In this document: piece by piece, positions 1-9,410 of the stretch | How the letters are laid out: the number at the start of each line of letters is the position of its first letter | Position numbering within the stretch: the first letter of the stretch is position 1 | Origin: Methanobacteriota archaeon | GTDB taxonomy: Archaea; Thermoplasmatota; Thermoplasmata; SG8-5; JAGLSY01 | Length of the DNA: 20,780 nt | NCBI GenBank assembly: GCA_020697715.1 | Contig: JAEHCO010000011.1 | Span: 1 to 20,780, forward strand | Direction: 5' to 3' | Program-made: the position numbers and the translations under genes | The notes under the pieces: model-generated | What the model saw: only the letters and a program-made list of their open reading frames with translations | Database searches by the model: none | What the model was told of the DNA's origin: nothing

Positions 1-3000
1 GTGGTCAATTCACATCTGTAATTCACATATACCTCATCGATACCAATAAAGTCCATAAGAGTACATGTGACTGTGAATTCATCACCTGTTGTGGGAGTAT
101 CAAATGTCAAATCCAGTATCTCTGGCAATAATTTGTAGCACCCCATCACATCGGCGATCGATGAATCCACCTCATACAATAGCGTTGTCGCATTACCCGA
201 GTGTGAATAGAATTGATAATAACCTTCATCATCATCCCCATCAAAGCTCATTGAGAATGGGTATGACGTATCATTGGAGTATAATGACCATGAGGTCCAA
301 GATGAATTATCAAATGAGGATCGATACCAGAATTCTACATATTCCGATCCAACGGCAGTAGCAGAAAGGTTCATTGGCATGGTCATCCACCAATATTCTG
401 ATGGTTGTATAATCTCGGAACATGGCTCTGTTATTCCCAGAGCCACTATCTCATCCGCAATGCCCATATCGACCTCGATATGGTCGAGCCCATCTGTCGC
501 GATCGTATAGAATTGATAGAATCCATCATCAGAGTAGGTGAAGTCCCAGGAATATGGATAGGTGGTATCATTACCATATGATGTCCATCCATCCCATGAG
601 ACATTATTTACCGAGTAATTGTAGAACAATTCCAATTGCTCTATACCAACTCCAGCATCATATGCCGTGGCGTTGACGATCAAAGGATCGTCAAAGTTCC
701 AGTAAGGCATTATTGCATCTACGGAGCTGGAAGGGCGTGTGGTATCATAGCCAGCGGATGTATCATTAGATAATGGGGCAGGCTCTCTGTTTCCTGCCAC
801 ATCGATGCCTATGGAATAGAATTCATAATAGCCATCGCCATTAGGATAAGTGAAGCTGGTAGTGTATGAGGCGGTCTGATCGACCCAATATGATAACCAG
901 CCTCCCCAGGATGAATTGTCTATCGAATATCTATACCAGAACTCAACCAGGCCCACACCGCTCATAGCATCCGTGGCTGAACAATTCAATATGATAGGGG
1001 AGGTATTGTTCCAATAAGGAGATATCATTCCGATCATTGAATCGGGATTGACAGTGTCCAATGCGATCTTGATATCAGCATTGCCCGGGCCAGTATCATT
1101 ATTCGTGGCATTGTCCACTCCTCCAGAATAGAATTCATAATAGCCATCACCATCAAGGAAATCAAAGCTGAAGGAATATGGAACCATGCCATCTATCCCA
1201 AACATTGTCCAATTACCCCAGGTTGAATTGTCCATGGAATATCTGTAATATAATTCGATCTCGTCCACATCGCTCATGGTGTCATTGGCAGTCACATTTA
1301 TCGTAATAGGAGTGGATGTGAACCAATACAAGCCAAGGGCATCGACAGAGGATGATGGATCTGTGATATCATAGCCTGCTGAAACATCAGCCATTCCTGG
1401 TGCACTCTCATAGTTCCCTGCAATGTCATGAGCCCTTGTATAGAAAGAGTAATTGCCTTCACCATCTGGCCATGTGAAATTCCATGACCAGGGAGCAATG
1501 ATATCGGTTCCATACAGGACATATGCGCCGCCCTCGAAGCTGTACCGTAATTCCACAGCGGTCAGTCCAGATGGACCACTATCACTGCCAGAGGCGGTTA
1601 TCGTCAATGGGCTGGAGTGCCAATATGGGGCTATAGCATCAACAGAGGTCGATGGATCTGCCGTATCAAGGCCAGACCCTGCATCGGCTATTGCAGGAGC
1701 GACCTCATAGAATGTGGATGTAACATTCCCAGCTCTGGAGTAGAACTCATAATAGCCTTCGCCATTCGGGAAATTAAAGCTCGATGTCCAGGATGTGCCA
1801 GTTGTGTCATTCGAATATTGTGACCAAGCATTCCATGAAGAATTATCTATGGAATATCTATACCAAAACTCAACATATTCAGCCTCATGAGCAGTGGCAG
1901 TCACTGATATGGGACCCATGAAATACCAGTGAGGTGAGATAGGGTCTATGAACGAATATGTCCCTGTACTATCTACCCAGCTCACATTCCAATAATATAG
2001 TTCTGGGCTTGCACTTCCATTGCCTGACAATCGTGCCAGTAATTTGATCGAAGGATAAGTGGCAGAGTTCAAGGTGGACAGGTCAATATCCGTACCTGTC
2101 ATATTCACATAGCCAGGTATTGTATCTCCGGTCGAACTTTCAAGTATGGTGACCGTGATATTGTTCACAGCACTTGGTTCGAACTTTGTCAAGTTAAGAG
2201 AGCCCCATACCTTTCCCCCAGGCAGAGATATGGATTCAGAGGTTATGTTGCCACTGGCAAAATAAGAGATGGGCATTCGAGCCCAGAATATTCTGTAATT
2301 AGATTGGGCCGTATAGCCTCCGGCATACCATAACTTGGCATATCCATCAGTATCGATCATGAATCTTGGGCAAATTATATTTCCATCATCCAATCCAGAT
2401 ACACTATTTGGAAGGCTAAGGCCGTGCTTTGTCCAGTTCTCTCCATCCATGGAGGTCGCATAATGAGTCTCTGCAGTGCTACCATCACTTCCTGCGAAGA
2501 ACATATAATAAAGATCATCGATCTTCGTGACATCAGGGTTACCTATAGAATAATCATCAATGCTACCCGGAGTTCCTAGGTCTAGGCATAATCCTTGCTT
2601 TGTCCATGTTATTCCATCCATGGAGGTTGCTATCATGATCCGACCAGTTGATGCGTCTGAATATCCACCATACCACATCTTGTAGGTTCCATCTGACATC
2701 TTCATGACTGAAGTGCCAATTGTAAATGTGTCATCAAGATCTCCAGAAGTCCCAATATCTACAACTACACCAAATCGAGTCCAGGATAAACCATCAGTAG
2801 ATTCTGCATAATGAATGCGCCAAACAGATCCATCATAGCCACCATACCACATCTTGTAGATTCCATCTTCTTTCAATACATTTGTATGACCCAAATGCGT
2901 GCTTTCTGTGCCTGCGCCAAGATTCATTACCTGGCCTTGTTTTGTCCAAGTAATGCAGTCAGTGGAAGTTGCATGGAATAAACGATAGTTACCACCATCC

Positions 3001-3362
3001 TTGCCAGAATACCACATCTTGTAGATTCCATCATCTTTTATCACGGATTGGCCTATATTTATCCAACCCTCTCCAGCACCACTCGGTGAAAAAGCCACAC
3101 CCTGCTTGTCCCAAATAGGATCCGTAAAGGAATTCTCATCAATAGAGGAAGTATTCAATGATACAGCATTATTGATCACGACATTATTGGATTCAGACAC
3201 ATTCAGAGTATTCTCAAAAGTGTCATTCCATCCATCCCCTGTACCGAGAAACACCTCGGCAATATCTTCTTTTGCGAGTGTATTGCCAGTAGAGACGATC
3301 AAAGACGATAGCATTATGCTCAATATTACTAAAAAACTAATATACTTTTTCAATAGACTCAT
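1..3362 (-). CDS. Large secreted surface protein (>1,120 aa, C-terminus outside the window): signal peptide, five-bladed beta-propeller, about six ~100-aa Ig-like repeats
   Basis: Hand-translated from ATG at 3362 (GGAGG upstream): MSLLKKYISFLVILSIMLSSLIVSTG... The frame stays open to the window edge (...FIGIDEVYVNYRCELT), so the ORF track omits it. Repeated blade motif YKMWYxG...RI..A.S.DG..W.K.G; many NxS/T sequons. Confidence 0.9.
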   Translation of the reverse strand, partial: MSLLKKYISFLVILSIMLSSLIVSTGNTLAKEDIAEVFLGTGDGWNDTFENTLNVSESNNVVINNAVSLNTSSIDENSFTDPIWDKQGVAFSPSGAGEGWINIGQSVIKDDGIYKMWYSGKDGGNYRLFHATSTDCITWTKQGQVMNLGAGTESTHLGHTNVLKEDGIYKMWYGGYDGSVWRIHYAESTDGLSWTRFGVVVDIGTSGDLDDTFTIGTSVMKMSDGTYKMWYGGYSDASTGRIMIATSMDGITWTKQGLCLDLGTPGSIDDYSIGNPDVTKIDDLYYMFFAGSDGSTAETHYATSMDGENWTKHGLSLPNSVSGLDDGNIICPRFMIDTDGYAKLWYAGGYTAQSNYRIFWARMPISYFASGNITSESISLPGGKVWGSLNLTKFEPSAVNNITVTILESSTGDTIPGYVNMTGTDIDLSTLNSATYPSIKLLARLSGNGSASPELYYWNVSWVDSTGTYSFIDPISPHWYFMGPISVTATAHEAEYVEFWYRYSIDNSSWNAWSQYSNDTTGTSWTSSFNFPNGEGYYEFYSRAGNVTSTFYEVAPAIADAGSGLDTADPSTSVDAIAPYWHSSPLTITASGSDSGPSGLTAVELRYSFEGGAYVLYGTDIIAPWSWNFTWPDGEGNYSFYTRAHDIAGNYESAPGMADVSAGYDITDPSSSVDALGLYWFTSTPITINVTANDTMSDVDEIELYYRYSMDNSTWGNWTMFGIDGMVPYSFSFDFLDGDGYYEFYSGGVDNATNNDTGPGNADIKIALDTVNPDSMIGMISPYWNNTSPIILNCSATDAMSGVGLVEFWYRYSIDNSSWGGWLSYWVDQTASYTTSFTYPNGDGYYEFYSIGIDVAGNREPAPLSNDTSAGYDTTRPSSSVDAIMPYWNFDDPLIVNATAYDAGVGIEQLELFYNYSVNNVSWDGWTSYGNDTTYPYSWDFTYSDDGFYQFYTIATDGLDHIEVDMGIADEIVALGITEPCSEIIQPSEYWWMTMPMNLSATAVGSEYVEFWYRSSFDNSSWTSWSLYSNDTSYPFSMSFDGDDDEGYYQFYSHSGNATTLLYEVDSSIADVMGCYKLLPEILDLTFDTPTTGDEFTVTCTLMDFIGIDEVYVNYRCELT
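135..1970 (-). repeat. About six tandem ~100-aa Trp/Tyr-rich Ig-like repeats inside the ORF (approximate bounds)
   Basis: Recurring pattern DT..P.S.V....PYW...P..I.A.A.D..SG...VE.WYRYS.DN.SW..W....D....S..F....G.GYYEFYS...D.AGN.E, period about 300-315 nt. Confidence 0.8.
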
Positions 3363-3421
3363 ACACCCACTTCCTCCAATATCCTATTACAGATATCAAT
3401 AATGTATGGAAGTAATTGAAT

Positions 3422-3436
3422 TATATAAAGTTTCTT
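3422..3436 (-). promoter_or_regulatory. BRE/TATA promoter for the 3362 ORF
   Basis: Minus strand AAGAAAC-TTTATATA about 60 nt upstream of the start codon. Confidence 0.6.
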
Positions 3437-3461
3437 AACATTGATGTAATATGTAAAAATA

Positions 3462-3485
3462 CTACCAGGCTTTTAAGCCTGGTAG
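3462..3485 (-). terminator. Hairpin terminator
   Basis: Perfect 11-bp inverted repeat CTACCAGGCTT-tt-AAGCCTGGTAG directly after the stop at 3487, followed by TATTTTT on the minus strand. Confidence 0.7.
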
Positions 3486-3486
3486 C

Positions 3487-6400
3487 TTATATTTTCTTCT
3501 TCATTTCTTTTATGTATTCTTCTTCCGTTATCTCTCCAGATATGAGCTTTTTGTCCAGATCGTTCAAATCTGCCATATCCGCATCCCCGGTCTTGCCCTT
3601 CTTCTTTTTGGCCTCAGATGTGATCAAAGTACTCGATACAAGCACTATTATCACGAGACCCATCAAGAATAAACCAGCATATGATGAAACACTGTTCTTC
3701 TGCGATTTCGAGTTCTCCACCTGTCCTGTTTCCAAGTCGAGTGGCTCAATACCGGCTTCATCTTCTGCCTCATCATCGCTTGACCTTATGGTCAAGATAT
3801 CTGGTTGGGTTGTGATAGCCAAAGAGGGCAGGAGGTTTGTATCATCCTCCTGTTCCCCCCCGTCAATGGCTATCACGGTTATCATGGGCGTGGGTCCGAC
3901 TAGCGATCCTTCCCCGGTGATCGCATCATTGCCTGAGACCCAAGCCCCATCATTGAGAGAGTATGTGCCAGGAGATGTGAATTCCTGTTTCCCAGCAGGG
4001 TTTGGTTTTGTAGATATGACAAGCTCAAGTGTGTGTATCTCATCTGCCGCCATAGTTCCGATATTCCATGTCAAAGAAGTTGAGCCAACCTGGCCAACTC
4101 CATTCGGTCCGTAGATAAGAACACCTGTGGTTATTGTGAAATCAATCAACTCAAGCTCAGCAGGAAGCACATCATGAACTACCACGTCCAATACATCGGA
4201 ATCTCCTGTATTGGCAACTGTGATCTGAAGTACCCAACCATATTTCGTGTGGGTGAATACCTCATCAGGCCCGGATGTCTTGATCTTGTCTATTGATAGT
4301 TTTCCACCAATTGGTGGATCTTCTGGTGGCTGTACAGGTTCGAATACCGTTATCTGGCATTCATCAGAGGCTACAAGGCCATCATTATCAATTACTGTAA
4401 GAATGACTGTGAAATTGCCTGTCGAGGCATAATCATGAGCTGGCGCGATACCAGTGCCATAGGTCCCGTCACCAAAGTCCCAGTTATAGGAGACAATACT
4501 TCCATCAGGATCATAGCTACCAGAGCCATCGAACTGGACATCAATGTTCAGGCATGCTTCCTGATCCAGGCCTGCATCTGAGATCGGCAGTATTGGAACA
4601 TATGGATCGATGACCTCCACCAAGCATTCATCAGAGACTGTAAGGCCATCATCATCTGTTACTGTGAGAGTGACAGAATATATGTCAACAGCATCAAAGG
4701 AATGCATAGGAACCGGGCCAGAAGCTGTATATCCATCTCCAAAGTCCCAGGAATAAGAAACTATCGCCCCATCAGGATCATAGCTACCAGAGCCATCGAA
4801 TTGGGTATCTGTGTATATGTCCACGATTATGTCTAAGCCTGCGTTTGCAATTGGGGGTACTGGCACATATGGCTCTGTCACCACGACTTCGCAGACATCG
4901 GAAGATGTCAAACCTCCATCATCTGTTACAGTTAGTGTAGCTGTGAAGCTGCCAGGAGTGGAATAGATGTGATATACAGCCATTCCAAAATCGGTCTGCC
5001 CATCTCCGAAGTCCCAGAAATATGAGATTATGGAACCATCTGGATCATAACTTGAATTTCCATTGAATTCAGCATTGGCGCCCACATCAACAAAGATATC
5101 TGCTCCGGCATCTGCGATTGGTGATTCATTGGATGGAATGTATGGGATGATGGATATCTGACCATTCGCCTGATTGTTTGTAAGATCTATATCCCCTGGA
5201 ACGACATCAGAGGCCACAGCTATAATGGAATGATCGCCCGGTTGATCTGCAAGCCAGCTTGTGGATACTGTTACTGTTCCATCGGCAGGAACGAATACAT
5301 CATACTGCCTATCTATAAGAGTTACTTCAGAAATAGTGTCAATATAGAAAGATACGGTGCATGTTGCATCCTGTCCGATCTTCGCGGCTGGTTTCTCAGC
5401 ATAGAATATGCGTACATTACTACCATCATAGCCATTGTACCAGCACTTCAAGGTATCGCCCTCTGTCATCATATAAGCGGCCGCCACCATATTGGTCTCA
5501 AGAGGCAAGGAACCTTCAAGGACTATGCCAGTCTTGATCCAGGTTATCCCATCAGTTGAGGTCGCATGCAATATCCTAGATGGCCCAGTATATGGAGCGT
5601 AACCTGTATAGTACATCTCATAACCTGTGTCTGTCACTATGACCTGAGGGTATGAAGCAGTTGGATAATCATATGGCCCATCATTGTTTATAACGACACC
5701 ATCCTTTATCCAAGGATCAGAAAGTTGCGCCTTGTGGGCGTGACATATCCTGCCCTCATTCGGAGAGCCCCAATCAGTCCCTCCATACCACATATGCCAT
5801 TCTGTTCCATCATAATGAACGAAAGGAACAGTGACACCATCAGGATCCGCAGCAGTTCCATAGCTCAGTTCCATCCCCAATTTCTGCCATGTTAGGCCAT
5901 CATCATAAGATATGGCTCTGTGAATATACCCACGGTATCCGCCATAGGAGCCTATACCGGTGTACCACATATGATAGATGCCGTCGTCATCTATCATCAC
6001 ATAAGGAGTAAGGACACCGTATTGTTCATACGCATTTCCATAATCAAGAGCCAGACCCTGCTTCTGCCATGTTATGCCATCCTGGCTTGTGGCACGGAAT
6101 ATCCTATGCCTGTATGTTAGGCCATCATCTCCATCCCCATTGTACCACATGACATAACTGCCATCATCCAGCTTTAGGACACATGGGTTTGTTACATGAA
6201 GATCCTCGCCAGTTCCACCAATGTCAATTATAACACCGCTCTTGACCCAGGAACTGCTTTGACTCTGATCTCCAAGAATATCAACATCGATGTTTATAAT
6301 ATCATTTTCAATGGCTTGATCGCTTGATAAGACCAAGGGATCCAATGAGATATCCACACCCACAGAAGGTTCTGGAAGAGCCTCCACACTTATTTGGGTA

Positions 6401-7770
6401 ATTGCCATATTATTAGTATTATCATTATCAATTGGATCTGAGTCAGTTATCTCAGCTATTATGTCATGGTCTCCTGGAACTGCTATCCAGTCAAATGATA
6501 CAGGAGTGTTGGAATCTGCTGGAACAAATGCATTTGTCTGCCTGTCTATCAGATTTGCCTCCGATACTGAATCTAAGTAAATTGACACTGTGCAGGTCGC
6601 ATCCTGACCGATCTTTGCAGCTGGCTTCTCAGAGTAGAAAATACGTTGATGGCTACCATCATAGCCAGTGTACCAACATTTAATGGTATCTCCCTCTATC
6701 GATATCTGGCCCATGCCCACCATGGTGGTCTCCAGAGGCGTGATGCCTTCAAGGACTATACCGGTCTTGGTCCAGGCAATACCATCTGATGAGGTCGCAT
6801 GCAGTATTCTTGAGGGTCCAGTATATGGAATAGAACCAGTATAATACATATCATAGCCAGTATCTGTTGGTACGATCCAAGGAGATACTGCGGATGGATA
6901 ATCATATGGTCCATCATTGTTTATAACGACACCGTCCTTTATCCAGGCATCAGATAGCTTTGCCTTATGAGCATGACATATCCTGCCCTCATTCGGAGAG
7001 CCCCAATCAATACCATCATACCACATATGCCATTCTGTTCCATCATAATGAACGTAGGGAGACCTAACACCATCTGGGTCTGCGGCAGTCCCATAATTCA
7101 ATTCCATACCTAATTTCTGCCATGTTATGCCATCATCATAGGATATGGCCTTGTGAATATACGCACGATAGCCGCCATTGGAGCCTATACCTGTATACCA
7201 CATATGATATATTCCATCATCATCTATAATAACATAAGGAGTAAGAACACCGTATTGTTCATACGCATTTCCATAATCAAGAACCATTCCCTGTTTCTGC
7301 CATGTTAGGCCATCCTGGCTTGTGGCGCGGAATATCCTATGCCTGTATGTTAGGCCATCATCTCCATCCCCATTATACCACATGACATAACTGCCATCAT
7401 CCAGCTTCAGAACACATGGACTTGTTATATGAAGATCCTCACCAGTGCCACCTATATCGATTATAACACCACTACCGACCCAGGAGCTATCCTGGGTCCG
7501 ATCTCCATTGATGCTGATATCAATAGATATGATCTCATCTTCAATAGCCTGGTAACTTGATAAGGCCAGTGCATCCAGTGACATATCCACATTGAATGAC
7601 TTTAATTCACCCTGCTGAGATGATGGTATCACATTATTTTCTGGTGTAGAGGCATCATCCATCTGAACAGAGCTTACCTGTTCCGGAACTGAACTCGCCA
7701 GTACCACAAAGGATACTGTGATCATCAGGCATGCGATAGCGAAGGTCACCAAGGTATTTTTCCGGTTCAT
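3487..7770 (-). CDS. Membrane-anchored surface protein: 2x (CARDB-like domain with inserted five-bladed beta-propeller), 3x PKD, DUF11-like domain, C-terminal TM helix, SHOCT tail
   Basis: 1427-aa ORF with AGGAG upstream. Signal peptide; MWYxG blade repeats; three SYDPDG.I.SY.WDFGDG PKD motifs; ITVANTG...VVVHDVLPAEL (DUF11-like); TM YAGLFLMGLVIIVLVSSTLI; tail LNDLDKKLISGEITEEEYIKEMKKKI. Confidence 0.92.
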   Translation of the reverse strand: MNRKNTLVTFAIACLMITVSFVVLASSVPEQVSSVQMDDASTPENNVIPSSQQGELKSFNVDMSLDALALSSYQAIEDEIISIDISINGDRTQDSSWVGSGVIIDIGGTGEDLHITSPCVLKLDDGSYVMWYNGDGDDGLTYRHRIFRATSQDGLTWQKQGMVLDYGNAYEQYGVLTPYVIIDDDGIYHMWYTGIGSNGGYRAYIHKAISYDDGITWQKLGMELNYGTAADPDGVRSPYVHYDGTEWHMWYDGIDWGSPNEGRICHAHKAKLSDAWIKDGVVINNDGPYDYPSAVSPWIVPTDTGYDMYYTGSIPYTGPSRILHATSSDGIAWTKTGIVLEGITPLETTMVGMGQISIEGDTIKCWYTGYDGSHQRIFYSEKPAAKIGQDATCTVSIYLDSVSEANLIDRQTNAFVPADSNTPVSFDWIAVPGDHDIIAEITDSDPIDNDNTNNMAITQISVEALPEPSVGVDISLDPLVLSSDQAIENDIINIDVDILGDQSQSSSWVKSGVIIDIGGTGEDLHVTNPCVLKLDDGSYVMWYNGDGDDGLTYRHRIFRATSQDGITWQKQGLALDYGNAYEQYGVLTPYVMIDDDGIYHMWYTGIGSYGGYRGYIHRAISYDDGLTWQKLGMELSYGTAADPDGVTVPFVHYDGTEWHMWYGGTDWGSPNEGRICHAHKAQLSDPWIKDGVVINNDGPYDYPTASYPQVIVTDTGYEMYYTGYAPYTGPSRILHATSTDGITWIKTGIVLEGSLPLETNMVAAAYMMTEGDTLKCWYNGYDGSNVRIFYAEKPAAKIGQDATCTVSFYIDTISEVTLIDRQYDVFVPADGTVTVSTSWLADQPGDHSIIAVASDVVPGDIDLTNNQANGQISIIPYIPSNESPIADAGADIFVDVGANAEFNGNSSYDPDGSIISYFWDFGDGQTDFGMAVYHIYSTPGSFTATLTVTDDGGLTSSDVCEVVVTEPYVPVPPIANAGLDIIVDIYTDTQFDGSGSYDPDGAIVSYSWDFGDGYTASGPVPMHSFDAVDIYSVTLTVTDDDGLTVSDECLVEVIDPYVPILPISDAGLDQEACLNIDVQFDGSGSYDPDGSIVSYNWDFGDGTYGTGIAPAHDYASTGNFTVILTVIDNDGLVASDECQITVFEPVQPPEDPPIGGKLSIDKIKTSGPDEVFTHTKYGWVLQITVANTGDSDVLDVVVHDVLPAELELIDFTITTGVLIYGPNGVGQVGSTSLTWNIGTMAADEIHTLELVISTKPNPAGKQEFTSPGTYSLNDGAWVSGNDAITGEGSLVGPTPMITVIAIDGGEQEDDTNLLPSLAITTQPDILTIRSSDDEAEDEAGIEPLDLETGQVENSKSQKNSVSSYAGLFLMGLVIIVLVSSTLITSEAKKKKGKTGDADMADLNDLDKKLISGEITEEEYIKEMKKKI
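4340..5130 (-). repeat. Three tandem PKD domains
   Basis: WDFGDG core occurs three times; identical stretch ATCAGGATCATAGCTACCAGAGCCATCGAA at ~4504 and ~4771 (267-nt period). Confidence 0.88.
5146..7593 (-). repeat. Intragenic tandem duplication of a ~411-aa CARDB+propeller module (5146-6360 and 6382-7593)
   Basis: 1233-nt offset between matching segments; long identical runs such as PCVLKLDDGSYVMWYNGDGDDGLTYRHRIFRATSQDG. Confidence 0.93.
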
Positions 7771-7817
7771 CTCAATTTCTCCTTAATTAGGGCATGTTAG
7801 AGACCATAAATATGTGT

Positions 7818-7900
7818 TTTTAGAAAAATTAAATAGAGTTTTTCCAAAATATAGTAGATAAATTCCAAAGTAAATTTAAAATAGTGCCGAGTATTTACTC
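7818..7900. promoter_or_regulatory. Divergent promoter region with candidate operators
   Basis: Inverted repeat TTTTAGAAAAA (7818-7828) / TTTTTCCAAAA (7839-7849); TTCCAAA repeated 21 bp apart (7842, 7863); TATA-like TTTAAAA 7875-7881; palindrome GAGTA-TT-TACTC 7889-7900 just before the ATG at 7907. Confidence 0.55.
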
Positions 7901-7906
7901 TTAGTC

Positions 7907-8341
7907 ATGAGAGAAAGAAGTGCGGCAATTATGAAGCATATGTCCTCGGACACATGCAATAAGATCCTACAAAGTCTACGAGAAGGACTGGATCATCCGG
8001 ACGATATCTGCAAGAAATTGGGAGTTGTGAGACAGACAGTGGACTGGCATCTATTACGACTCAGTGCTCTGGGTATCGTGGAAAGGATACCCATCTCCTC
8101 GCTCAGTGGACGGCCAAAGATAATATACCGCCTATCCAAAGATGGCGAGAACATGATAGATACCATTGATGATGCTGTATTCAAACACTATTCGAAAATA
8201 AGCAAGAGATATCATGATGAGATCAAGGAACTGGATATGAAATTGGCCCTGGCGCAGATCAGTGAAAATGCTTACAAGGAAAAGATAAAGAAGCTGGAAA
8301 AGGACCTCGGCATACTGGAAGGAGCCGGGTCATCTGAATAG
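7907..8341 (+). CDS. ArsR-like winged-helix transcriptional regulator with C-terminal SHOCT-like helix pair
   Basis: HTH PDDICKKLGVVRQTVDWHLLRLSALGIV, wing GRPKIIYRLS, tail IKELDMKLALAQISENAYKEKIKKLE. Confidence 0.85.
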   Translation: MRERSAAIMKHMSSDTCNKILQSLREGLDHPDDICKKLGVVRQTVDWHLLRLSALGIVERIPISSLSGRPKIIYRLSKDGENMIDTIDDAVFKHYSKISKRYHDEIKELDMKLALAQISENAYKEKIKKLEKDLGILEGAGSSE

Positions 8342-8348
8342 AACTCAT

Positions 8349-8402
8349 TTTGATAATAATGTATAACAATTTGATAGTAAATTACAACAATTTAGATAGT
8401 AA
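8349..8402. repeat. Three short direct repeats at 21-bp period
   Basis: TTTGATAATAA (8349), TTTGATAGTAA (8370), TTTAGATAGTAA (8391); the last two are preceded by AACAA. Confidence 0.6.
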
Positions 8403-8425
8403 GATGTAATAAAAATGAAAGAGAA

Positions 8426-8448
8426 GCCAGGCCTTTGAAGGGCCTGGC
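8426..8448 (-). terminator. Hairpin terminator after tfb, possibly bidirectional
   Basis: GCCAGGCC-N7-GGCCTGGC followed on the minus strand by TTCTCTTTCATTTTT; lies between convergent genes. Confidence 0.7.
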
Positions 8449-8477
8449 ATTTATGTATTTAGGATCTTATACTAGAA

Positions 8478-9410
8478 CTACAGCTGGATCTCGATCCCCA
8501 GTTTCTCTGTGAGTTCCTTGTACCGGTTCCTGATGGTGACCTCAGTTACTCCAGCCACATCTGCAACTTCCCTCTGTGTCCTTCTCGCATTGCACAGGAT
8601 GGAAGATACATATATCGCGGCTGCAGCCACACCAGTTGGTCCTCTACCAGATGTGAGTTCCTTCTCAGCAGCCTGCTTCAGTATCTCCAGTGCTTTCTGC
8701 TGAACATCTCCAGCTAGCTTTAACTCACTACAGAACCTTGATATGTAATCCTCGGGCTTGGTCGGCATGAGCTTTAATTTCAGCTCACGTGTCATGAACC
8801 TGTATGTTCTGCCGATCTCCTTTCTACCGACACGACTGGCACCTGCGATCTCATCCAGTGTTCTTGGAACATTGCACTGCCTGCAGGCGGCGTAGAGCGA
8901 GGCCGCTACTACGCCCTCGATGCTTCGGCCTCTGATAAGATTCTTATTAACTGCCTTTCTGTAAACCATGGCCGCGGTCTCTCTGACATTCCTTGGGAGA
9001 CCCATTCCGGAGGCCATCCTGTCCAATTCACTAAGGGCGAAGGCCAGGTTCCTCTCGGTTGCATTGGAAACTCGTATTCTCCTCTGCCATTTTCTCAATC
9101 TGTAAAGCTGGGCGCGGTTCCTGGTTGGTATGCTCTTTCCGTAGGAATCCTTGTTCTTCCAACCGATCTCCGTAGATAGACCCTTGTCATGGATGGTGTA
9201 GGTCATTGGTGCACCGGTTCTCGCACGTTTTTCTCCCTGCTCTGAATCGAAAGCTCTCCACTCCGGACCCTGGTCTATCAGCTGCTCATCTATTACCAGT
9301 CCACAGTCCTCGCAAACAAGTTCTCCACGATTATAGTCTCTGACCAGATGACTTCCCGAGCATTCGGGACATTCAACTACATCATCTGGGCCTTCTCTTT
9401 TTTTTGCCAT
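8478..9410 (-). CDS. tfb: Transcription initiation factor IIB (TFB)
   Basis: Zn ribbon CPEC...CEDC, GPEWRAF B-reader, two cyclin repeats, C-terminal [13 protein letters not shown]. Start moved to ATG 9410 (MAKKREG) behind a GGGGT RBS. Confidence 0.97.
   Translation of the reverse strand: MAKKREGPDDVVECPECSGSHLVRDYNRGELVCEDCGLVIDEQLIDQGPEWRAFDSEQGEKRARTGAPMTYTIHDKGLSTEIGWKNKDSYGKSIPTRNRAQLYRLRKWQRRIRVSNATERNLAFALSELDRMASGMGLPRNVRETAAMVYRKAVNKNLIRGRSIEGVVAASLYAACRQCNVPRTLDEIAGASRVGRKEIGRTYRFMTRELKLKLMPTKPEDYISRFCSELKLAGDVQQKALEILKQAAEKELTSGRGPTGVAAAAIYVSSILCNARRTQREVADVAGVTEVTIRNRYKELTEKLGIEIQL

Noticed and set aside
89-6683. Short ORFs from the track overlapping the two large minus-strand genes (e.g. 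3416-4114, 3106-3402, 1298-1522)
   Set aside because: Antisense or off-frame shadows of long, motif-rich genes; no recognisable motifs.
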